Below, piece after piece: positions 53,652 through 61,729 of a stretch of 64,000 nt of DNA. This stretch comes from Promethearchaeota archaeon Loki_b32 (GTDB taxonomy: Archaea > Asgardarchaeota > Lokiarchaeia > Sigyniarchaeales > SOKP01). A program made the position numbers and the translations under genes. Every line of letters starts with the position of its first letter. Positions within the stretch are counted from its first letter, which is position 1. Below the pieces are notes generated by a model. It searched no databases. It was not told the origin of the DNA and saw only the letters and a program-made list of their open reading frames with translations. Where the stretch lies: positions 32,001 through 96,000 of the forward strand of contig NJBH01000008.1 of the NCBI GenBank assembly GCA_005223125.1, read 5' to 3'.

Positions 53652-55337
53652 ATGATAAATAAAAAACGGAATTATACTATTAAATTCTTACTAGTTTTAG
53701 TAGCAATTTTTTTCATCTCAATTCCGTTAATGTTAGGAGACTTAAAATCCGACTTCAATACCGTACTTTATGATCCTAACCCTAAAATAAGCGATTTCTC
53801 CAAGGATGATTTTAATGCATTACTTACTGAAGAAAAACAAGGACTTGGAAATATATCTATATATGATATTGATTTTAGTGATTTAGAGATGGGATTTATT
53901 ACTTATAATGAAATGTATCCTCTAATTGGGGAAGATATTTTTTCAAAAAATTTGAATATAACCCAGCTTAATATGCAATTCAATGAAACTATAGACCCTG
54001 CAATAGTAGATAATTTGAATGAAAATATAACAGATAGCAATAGTATAACAGTGAAATTAAATGAAAGTTTGTTTGTTGAATACAATGATCTAACGGAAGG
54101 TTATTTAATTTATCTTCCTCGTTTAGTTCCTTGCGATTTATTACAATTTTCTGTTAATAATGGTACTGATAACTTTGAATTAATTGAAGAAACTGATTAC
54201 ACAGTTGATAAAGATAATTTCATTGTATTTAGTTATGAATCCTATTTTAATATATCTGTGACTACAAATTTCACAATGTATCTTATCTGGGAATATACTT
54301 TAGAATTAACTGATTGGAGTTTAAGTCAGATAATTGGGGATGAAGAATTAATAATTGAGGATGAAGAACAAGATTTTACTACTGATTTTAATTATTATTT
54401 TATTTTAACAGGGAAAACATATAATGAATCTATTCCAATTCCTGGCGAACCTATTTTCGCAGATAATATAGATATTGCCTTAACTATTAATCATCCAGAT
54501 AAGGATTTATTTACTAACCATATTCTTGAATTAAATAACGAAACTGTGGATATTGCTGGTCACTTAAATCCAGATGATACAATTGATGTATACTTGGCAG
54601 ATCACTTTTCCGGAGAACTAAGTGAATTTTCTTTGAATTTTACAATTCCATTTACATTTAAATTTATCGAACCTGTTGGGGAAACATGGGCAATAGACAG
54701 ACTTGTAGAAATGAATAATATCCGCCAGCGTATTTATTTAGCATCAATAATAAATGGCCCTCAACATATTTATTTCAAAAATCTATCATTTTATGAGCCT
54801 ACAATTTATGCTGATCAAATTTTAAGCAACACTTCTTTATTTGAAAGAGATTTCACATATTTCTTTTTGAATACGACTCTGACAGGAAGATATGGAATAA
54901 AAGTTAGTGTTCCTTATCTGATTGTTGGAGAAACTTGCCCTTTTATAATTAAATATAAACCGACCCAAACTCTAAGAGTTGTTGTATTAGATAATATAAA
55001 AATGCCACTTGTAGGAGCAGATGTTAAAGTATACTATTTTGATCAAGAATATGGAACGTATGTATCTAAAGATAAAGTTCAACCAATCAGTCCAGGCAAG
55101 ACCAATGAAAATGGTGAAATTGTATTATTGCATGTTCCTGCTGGAAATTATACAATTAGAGTTTATCACAGCGGAAGATTCCTAAAAGAATCTACTTGCA
55201 GTACTTATAATTATAGAAATTATATCACTACAAATTATCCTCATTTTCCTTTATGGATAATAATATTTGGAATTACAAATGGAATCATTCTAATATTTGG
55301 ATTAATTTTTTATTCAAAATATAAGAAAATGCGATAA
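53652..55337 (+). CDS. secreted, C-terminally anchored surface protein with carboxypeptidase-regulatory-like domain
   Basis: N-terminal hydrophobic segment, acidic beta-rich body with many NxS/T sites, PLVGADV...TNENG...GNYTIRV, C-terminal TM plus basic tail. Confidence 0.75.
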   Translation: MINKKRNYTIKFLLVLVAIFFISIPLMLGDLKSDFNTVLYDPNPKISDFSKDDFNALLTEEKQGLGNISIYDIDFSDLEMGFITYNEMYPLIGEDIFSKNLNITQLNMQFNETIDPAIVDNLNENITDSNSITVKLNESLFVEYNDLTEGYLIYLPRLVPCDLLQFSVNNGTDNFELIEETDYTVDKDNFIVFSYESYFNISVTTNFTMYLIWEYTLELTDWSLSQIIGDEELIIEDEEQDFTTDFNYYFILTGKTYNESIPIPGEPIFADNIDIALTINHPDKDLFTNHILELNNETVDIAGHLNPDDTIDVYLADHFSGELSEFSLNFTIPFTFKFIEPVGETWAIDRLVEMNNIRQRIYLASIINGPQHIYFKNLSFYEPTIYADQILSNTSLFERDFTYFFLNTTLTGRYGIKVSVPYLIVGETCPFIIKYKPTQTLRVVVLDNIKMPLVGADVKVYYFDQEYGTYVSKDKVQPISPGKTNENGEIVLLHVPAGNYTIRVYHSGRFLKESTCSTYNYRNYITTNYPHFPLWIIIFGITNGIILIFGLIFYSKYKKMR

Positions 55338-55751
55338 GGCTTTTGATTGTTATCTTTTGTGATAATATAGATGATCATTAATAAAAAACTTGCTGTCGTT
55401 AAATATACTATTATACATACAAACTTATTTTTGTAATACGAAATTAAACATAAAAAATAGGAATGGAAAAGAAAAAGTGGCAAGAGATTTAAACAGAAAG
55501 GTTCTTTTTACACTTTATTTTGGGATTTCTGGTGATACCTTACAATTTAGTTCAATAAGAGAAGCTTCAGGAGATGGAATGGCTCATGTTTACTCAATAC
55601 GATTAGAACTATCTCTTCTTTCAAACAAAATATGTCTATAGCTAAACAGCATAGTAATTATTGAACCAAATTTAACAAAAAGTCTAATCCAATTTTTATC
55701 ATAATCAAAATTAAATTTTGAGAAAAGAGATTAAAGTGTGAAATTGAAATA

Positions 55752-55898
55752 ATGAGAAAAGGATCTACGTTTGTATGGAAGTACTTCATCATATGTTTTG
55801 CAATATCCACATTTATACTGGTACCTATTGGAACTGTCTATGCGCAAGAGAGAACACTCTACTATATCGGGTATGATTATAAGGAGCTGATAATATGA
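55752..55898 (+). pseudogene. signal-peptide-only remnant of a second toxin precursor
   Basis: Hand translation MRKGSTFVWKYFIICFAISTFILVPIGTVYA-QERTLYYIG...; upstream 55611-55690 is homologous to the precursor's upstream region 57337-57415. Confidence 0.6.
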
Positions 55899-56389
55899 AT
55901 GAAAAGGAAAATAATGTGAAAGAAATGAATAAGGAAGAAAACCATAGGAGTTTTTGGAAAAAGTTTAATGAAAAATGGTTATGGGTTAATATCGGTAGTT
56001 ATATAGTTGGAACAATATTACCTTGGTGGTTATTTTTTATCGGTATTACAAACTTGATGACAGTAATCTTTTTAACAATATCAACCCTACTAATTATACC
56101 TTTGATGTATTACTTTTTCAATTACTTTAGAAAATCAAAGCACCAAACGATTATTATCAAAATAATGTTGGTTGGATGCGGCGGATTTAGTTTAGGTATT
56201 TTTATCTGGTTTTTTATTGGTTATACATTTATTATGGCTCCTTGGGCACCTTTAAATAATTTAACTGGTGTCCTAAGACAAAGAATTTTTCTTCTACTTC
56301 TGATATTTTCATGGGGACTTGCTGCATATATAATGTATAGAATAGGTAAAAAAAGAGATTGGAGACCACCCTCCCATTTAATAAATTAA
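55895..56389 (+). CDS. small membrane protein, putative orphan immunity protein 1
   Basis: Paralog of 56734 and 58914: FWKKFNEKWLWVNIG, RKSK, APWAP, AAYIMYRIGKKRDWRP. Confidence 0.8.
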   Translation: MNEKENNVKEMNKEENHRSFWKKFNEKWLWVNIGSYIVGTILPWWLFFIGITNLMTVIFLTISTLLIIPLMYYFFNYFRKSKHQTIIIKIMLVGCGGFSLGIFIWFFIGYTFIMAPWAPLNNLTGVLRQRIFLLLLIFSWGLAAYIMYRIGKKRDWRPPSHLIN

Positions 56390-56733
56390 GTAATTTTCTT
56401 TTTTTAATTCAAAAATTTTAAGATAAATTTGTAATACAAAAATAAGAAAGTGTAGAAGAAGGCAAAAAAAATCATCAAGAAAATGACAAATACAGATAGA
56501 AAATATTTTGAGGAAATAGAAAAGTTTGTCGATATTTTTAAGGAAATAAATCCAACAGTGATTGTTATTGAAGATATTAGTAAGAAAAAAGAAAAAATAA
56601 CATTTCTTAAAAGAAAAAATGATTGAATTATTAAAAGAGAGGAAAGGAACAAAATTTTTAGGTGAAATTAAAAATATCAGAAGGCAAAACTTTTTGGTTG
56701 TTGTTAATGATATGATTATAAGGAGCGGATATT

Positions 56734-57204
56734 ATGAATGAAAAGGAAATTAATGTGAAAGAGAGGAATAAGAAAGAAAACCAGAAGAGTTTCTGGAAAA
56801 ATTTTAAAGAGAATTGGTTATGGGTTACAATCGGGTTTTACATAGGTATAACATCAATGGGCTGGATTGAGTATTTCAGAGGATGTTTTTCTTTAATAGA
56901 AGTAGTTCTTCCCACTTTCATAGGTCCCATTTTTCTATTCGGTATCTTCTATATTAGAAAATCAAAGGATCAAAAAGTGATAATGCGATTGATAATAGTA
57001 ATTGGTGGTGGCTTAGCTTTAGGATTTCCGATATTCATGTCCGTCAATTATATTCTTTTTGTTACATCTTGGGCTCCTTTTCATGAGATTAACGCCATAT
57101 TACGAAGAATACTTACCATCTTGGTTATATTATTATCATATGGTGGAGCAGCATACATAATGGACAAATTAGGTAAGAAGCGAGACTATAGACCGTTTTT
57201 ATAA
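56734..57204 (+). CDS. small membrane protein, putative orphan immunity protein 2
   Basis: FWKNFKENWLWVTIG, YIRKSK, SWAP, AAYIMDKLGKKRDYRPFL. Confidence 0.8.
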   Translation: MNEKEINVKERNKKENQKSFWKNFKENWLWVTIGFYIGITSMGWIEYFRGCFSLIEVVLPTFIGPIFLFGIFYIRKSKDQKVIMRLIIVIGGGLALGFPIFMSVNYILFVTSWAPFHEINAILRRILTILVILLSYGGAAYIMDKLGKKRDYRPFL

Positions 57205-57240
57205 TCTTAGAAATTATAAATAAACTTTTTTTTTTTTCAA
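57164..57240 (+). repeat. direct repeat copy 1 (about 75 bp; immunity-gene 3' end plus T-tract terminator)
   Basis: Near identical to 59323-59397. Confidence 0.85.
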
Positions 57241-57460
57241 AATATTTTAAACTAAATTTTTTTTTTTAATAAAATGAGAGACTCCTAGAAAAAGTCTTAA
57301 ACCTACCGCGACAGATGAAGATTAGGAATCAGGAATATCTCTTCTTTCAAACAAAATATTTATATAGCTAAATATCATAGTAATTACTGAAACAAACTTT
57401 ACAAAAAAGTCCAAAACAAAAATTAAAAAAAGTAAATTAAAATAAAGAGGCGAAACTAGG

Positions 57461-58879
57461 ATGAAGAAGAAATTAAAGATTAAATTTATATCAGCGATTA
57501 TTATTGGAATTATTCTATTACCTACTTGTACATTCTTCATAATCCCAACTGCTCTTGCTCAAGAGAATTCCTTTCAAAACATCTCAGTTCAAGAAGCATA
57601 TACAATGATAAAAAAGGAGGAAAATACTGAAAATCTTGTTATTTTAGATGTTAGAGATACAACCGAATTTAACTTAGGTCATTTATACGATTCTATTCTA
57701 ATACCTCTCAATGACCTTGAAGCAAGAATCGGTGAACTTGAAGATTATAAGACTTCTGAGATAATAATTTACTGTAAATCTGGTTATCGAAGTCAACAAG
57801 CAAGTGAAATTTTAGGTGAATATGGTTTTACAAAAGTATATAATATGCTTGGTGGCATTTTAGCATGGATTGATGCTGATTATCCAATTTGGACAACTTC
57901 ACATCATATTACAGTAGATGAAATAACCGATAAAAAATTTGAATTATTAATAGAACCATTTCTTTTACATTATAAAGGTTGTTCAACATGCACTGAGAAT
58001 CAAGAATGTCCTATTGAGAGTGAATCAATAAGTATAACATCTGAAACATTAGAACAAGGAGAAGATCAAATAGTTATTCTCAAAAAATATGAATTTAATG
58101 GAACAGTCTATGAATTTATTCATACTCATACTATTTTATGGAGTTATGATAAATTTACTAGTAATTATAATAAATCTGCTTACTTCATTTCAACAGAAAT
58201 TACTTCAGAAAATTTCTATTTGCAATATTATCAATTAGAATACGTAATATACCATAAGAACTATAACTTAACGATTTATACTCACCTTGAACCTTTAAAT
58301 TCAGAGATTTATAATAGTTCATTTACATATATAAAATATACTCCTGCTAACGGAAAAGCTATAACTTCAATGGAGTTTGTGCAATTCAATATGTCTGTTA
58401 TATTATCCCAACAATACGACATTTTAGCGGATATCGCGGAAGAAATGGCAGAAATATATAAAAAATCAGAAGATTTAGACCTAATGGAACTATATTATGG
58501 TTATACCAATATGGGAGAAGGAATTGGATCTCTTTCTGAATTAGTAAAAGAATGGCTTGGAGAATATGATTATCAAATTCTTGAAAGTGATGCAGTGTTA
58601 TACGATTACAGAGTACCCCCCATTAATGGTGGTGACCCTCCACCTCCACCTCCACCTCCACCTCCACCTCCACCTCCGCCTCCACCACCACCACCACTAC
58701 CATCTTTGTTAACATGTATTATTTGTATTGCGGGTTGTGAGCTAGCGGTTTTAGCAGGATGCATTATTGCATGCATTATCTATATCCCATTTTGCCCTGT
58801 TTGCGTAGTGGTAGTGGAATTATGGGAATTATTTGACCTAGGTTGTGGTTATGTTTGTGAATATATTGGTGCTTGTTAA
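57461..58879 (+). CDS. secreted rhodanese-domain precursor with Pro20 linker and halocin-C8-like Cys-rich C-terminus
   Basis: Signal peptide ending ALA-QE; LDVR...GHL...YCKSGYRS...MLGGILAW; 20 Pro; 10-Cys hydrophobic tail ending CEYIGAC. Confidence 0.8.
   Translation: MKKKLKIKFISAIIIGIILLPTCTFFIIPTALAQENSFQNISVQEAYTMIKKEENTENLVILDVRDTTEFNLGHLYDSILIPLNDLEARIGELEDYKTSEIIIYCKSGYRSQQASEILGEYGFTKVYNMLGGILAWIDADYPIWTTSHHITVDEITDKKFELLIEPFLLHYKGCSTCTENQECPIESESISITSETLEQGEDQIVILKKYEFNGTVYEFIHTHTILWSYDKFTSNYNKSAYFISTEITSENFYLQYYQLEYVIYHKNYNLTIYTHLEPLNSEIYNSSFTYIKYTPANGKAITSMEFVQFNMSVILSQQYDILADIAEEMAEIYKKSEDLDLMELYYGYTNMGEGIGSLSELVKEWLGEYDYQILESDAVLYDYRVPPINGGDPPPPPPPPPPPPPPPPPPPPLPSLLTCIICIAGCELAVLAGCIIACIIYIPFCPVCVVVVELWELFDLGCGYVCEYIGAC
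58637..58696 (+). repeat. (CCTCCA)n/(CCA)n microsatellite encoding 20 prolines
   Basis: Directly visible. Confidence 0.95.
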
Positions 58880-58913
58880 CGGATTGGTATTTGTTCTTAA
58901 TAAACTTTAAGGA

Positions 58914-59363
58914 GTGGTTATATTGAAGCTGAAAGAAAAAATCAAGAACTTTTGGAATGAGTTTAAAAAGCATTGGTTATGGGTTAATATTGGTGCATAT
59001 ATGATGATAACGATGATAAATTGGACAGGATTTTTCCTTGGCTCTATAAAATTTGAGATAGCCCTCTTAATTACACTTATATACCCCTTAATAATTCTTA
59101 CTATCTTTTACATAAGAAAATCTAAATTTGAGACAACCATTTATAAGATAGTATGGATTGTATGTGGGGGTATAGCTCTAGGATTTCCAATATGGGGTAT
59201 AATTTTTTTCGTCCTTATTGGAGCTCCTTGGGCTCCTTTATATGAAGCACATAATATTTTAAGAGGAAGCATTTCAATCCTGATTCTGGTACCAGCATAT
59301 GGTGTGGCAGCGCATTTAATGTACAAATTAGGTAAGAAGCGAGACTATAGACCGTTTTTATGA
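58914..59363 (+). CDS. small membrane protein, putative cognate immunity protein
   Basis: Starts 35 bp after the precursor stop; FWNEFKKHWLWVNIG, YIRKSK, APWAP, KLGKKRDYRPFL. Confidence 0.8.
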   Translation: MVILKLKEKIKNFWNEFKKHWLWVNIGAYMMITMINWTGFFLGSIKFEIALLITLIYPLIILTIFYIRKSKFETTIYKIVWIVCGGIALGFPIWGIIFFVLIGAPWAPLYEAHNILRGSISILILVPAYGVAAHLMYKLGKKRDYRPFL

Positions 59364-59397
59364 TCTTAGAAATTATAAATAAACTTTTTTTTTTCAA
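59323..59397 (+). repeat. direct repeat copy 2
   Basis: Near identical to 57164-57240. Confidence 0.85.
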
Positions 59398-59717
59398 ACT
59401 CTATCTGGGCAGTACTTCTATACTCTATCTGGGAAATGGTGAAAAGATGCCTATTATTTTACGAAATTAAAGAAATTAAACACTCTGTTAATCTATCAAA
59501 TGTAATAAATTCGGAAATTGTGCTTCATTTTTTAGCGAAAATCTCTAATACTCTCATATTATATGAAACTAAACAAGAGATAACGCAGTCTAGTGGTTCA
59601 AATAGTCGTGAGGAAGTAATTCAGTCTTTACAAAATATTTTTATTCAAGTGGATCCTTCACTAAAACTTGTTAAAGGAAAGATAAGAGAAATTTTTTTGT
59701 CATATTCTTCTTAAAGA

Positions 59718-61289
59718 TTAATTATTATCAACAGTTTCTCCATATCCAATTAACCGATAACGTCTATTTATTATTCTCGAAATTGCAAAGATAAAATCTT
59801 CTGCAGGACATATTGGAGGATTTAATTTAATGATAACACTGTCTTTTAAAATTTTAGTTACTGTTCCTCCTGTTTTTTCTGTACCAACGACTAATAATAA
59901 TTTTTCATTATGCTTAAGCGAATGTACTCTGAGCATCTGCTCGGAGCCAATCACCCTATCTAATAGGTTCACTTTAAATTCAATTTCATGAAGGATTTCA
60001 GGTAATGTATCTGGTTTTCCGACTAGGTTCCCTATTAAATGATCACCCTTAGTTAAAGCAGGATCTAAGTTAGTTCCTAAACCTATAAGCCCTCCAGGTT
60101 TTGCGTTATCTAGTAGGTTACTCCCTTGACTAATACTAACAACAGTAGATTTTAAAGGAATGTATTCATCTTTCACCCTTAAACCCGGTCGAATTTCTAT
60201 TTGATCTCCAATTTTAATCATTCCTTTTAACACTGAACCACCAATTACCCCACCCTTTAAATCACTTATTTCTTTCCCAGGTCTATTAATATCAAAAGAT
60301 CGTGCAATTAAAAATTGAAATTCGCCTTCAGGAAGTTTGGGGGATGGAATAATTTCTTCAAATGCTCTTATAATTAAATCTATATTTGCTCCAAATACAG
60401 CGGAAATTGGTATTATTGGAGCGTTTTCAGCAATAGTTCCCTTAATAAATTCTTTAATTTGTTGGTAATTTTCTAATGCTTGTTCTCGTGAAACCGCATC
60501 AATTTTATTTTGAATGATGATGATATTTTTTATTCCAGCAATGTGTAATGCTTCTAAATGTTCCCTCGTTTGTGGTTGAGGACATCGCTCATCAGCCGCA
60601 ATTAATAAGCAAGCTCCATCCATTAATGAGGCCCCACTTAACATTGTTGCCATAAGAATTTCATGACCAGGAGCATCAACAAATGAAATATTCCTTCTAA
60701 ATTCTAATTGTTCTTTACATTGTGGGCATAAGTAACGGGGTTGTCCTTTTTCCCTTGACTTCTCCGCTAGATAATATGTTATATATTCATCACAATTCGG
60801 ACAATATAAAATTGTGGCATTAGAATACCCTAATTTTATTGAAATTCCTCTTTCTTGCTCTTCAGAGTGTCTATCTGTCCAATCTCCTGTTAATGTTTTC
60901 ACTAATGTAGTTTTTCCGTGATCCACATGACCTACTAAACCTATATTACATTCAGCTTGTTTTTTTATTAATTCTTTAATATTTGAAGCTTTAGTTTTAG
61001 ATTTTGGTTTTGGTTTAGGTTTAGATTTTGGTTCTAGTTCTGGTTTTACTTTAGAAATAACTTTTACTTTAGATTTTGGCTCTTCTTGAGCACCAATTTC
61101 TTGATATAATTTCTTTGCATTAGTAATATATTTCTTTGCAGTAGCAGCACCCACACCTTTAATCTTTAACTTTATTAATTCATCAGGATTAACATTAGCT
61201 AATTTTGCAATGCTATCTATCCCTGCAGCTTTCATTTTATCTGCAGTAGCTTTTCCGATGCCAGCAATATCTGTTAAATCATATGACAT
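59718..61289 (-). CDS. eif2g: translation initiation factor aIF2 gamma with N-terminal HhH domain
   Basis: NIGLVGHVDHGKTT, RGISIKLGY, DAPGHE, PQPQTREH, QNKID, ARSFDINRPG, RLIGYG; extra LTDIAGIGKATA...GVGAATA plus KP-rich linker. Confidence 0.95.
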   Translation of the reverse strand: MSYDLTDIAGIGKATADKMKAAGIDSIAKLANVNPDELIKLKIKGVGAATAKKYITNAKKLYQEIGAQEEPKSKVKVISKVKPELEPKSKPKPKPKSKTKASNIKELIKKQAECNIGLVGHVDHGKTTLVKTLTGDWTDRHSEEQERGISIKLGYSNATILYCPNCDEYITYYLAEKSREKGQPRYLCPQCKEQLEFRRNISFVDAPGHEILMATMLSGASLMDGACLLIAADERCPQPQTREHLEALHIAGIKNIIIIQNKIDAVSREQALENYQQIKEFIKGTIAENAPIIPISAVFGANIDLIIRAFEEIIPSPKLPEGEFQFLIARSFDINRPGKEISDLKGGVIGGSVLKGMIKIGDQIEIRPGLRVKDEYIPLKSTVVSISQGSNLLDNAKPGGLIGLGTNLDPALTKGDHLIGNLVGKPDTLPEILHEIEFKVNLLDRVIGSEQMLRVHSLKHNEKLLLVVGTEKTGGTVTKILKDSVIIKLNPPICPAEDFIFAISRIINRRYRLIGYGETVDNN

Positions 61290-61403
61290 GATAGTTAAAT
61301 TTTAGGTGTTATGACAGCTGAATATATTATTCCTAAGAAAAATTAAGAATTGATTTTTTATTAAATTAATCAATATATTTCATATTTTAACCAAAAAAAT
61401 CCA

Positions 61404-61622
61404 TTATGATGTTTCAATTGTCTTGATTCCACCAGGTTTTTTATCACGTTCTTTATAAGAAACTCTCAAAAGGCTATCTACATAAAATGTGGATAGTTTC
61501 TTACAAGATTTACAAACAATATATACTGGAGCAGGGTATTGTCTAGAATCAATATCATCCATCTCAATTCTAAACGTTATTTTCTCATTACAGATTGGGC
61601 AAAAATTAAATCTCAGAGGCAT
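61404..61622 (-). CDS. small zinc-ribbon protein
   Basis: CPIC...YPAPVY...CKSC...FYVDS. Confidence 0.7.
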   Translation of the reverse strand: MPLRFNFCPICNEKITFRIEMDDIDSRQYPAPVYIVCKSCKKLSTFYVDSLLRVSYKERDKKPGGIKTIETS

Positions 61623-61729
61623 AATTTAAAAACCTGATAATTTTCTAATATAATGGTTAGATTCTTATTTTTAAATTATTATTTCTAATAATAAATATAG
61701 AATTAATAATTTGTAACTATTGATAATAT

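Noticed and set aside
55390-55641. 83-aa ORF as a real gene
   Set aside because: TTG start, no motif, and its 3' end overlaps the duplicated upstream region; possibly debris.
56483-56626. 47-aa ORF with VIVIED, reminiscent of a TnpB/RuvC motif
   Set aside because: Too short and low in complexity; no other transposon motifs or ends nearby.
59436-59714. 92-aa ORF after the cassette
   Set aside because: No recognisable family or SD; could be a remnant but cannot be supported.
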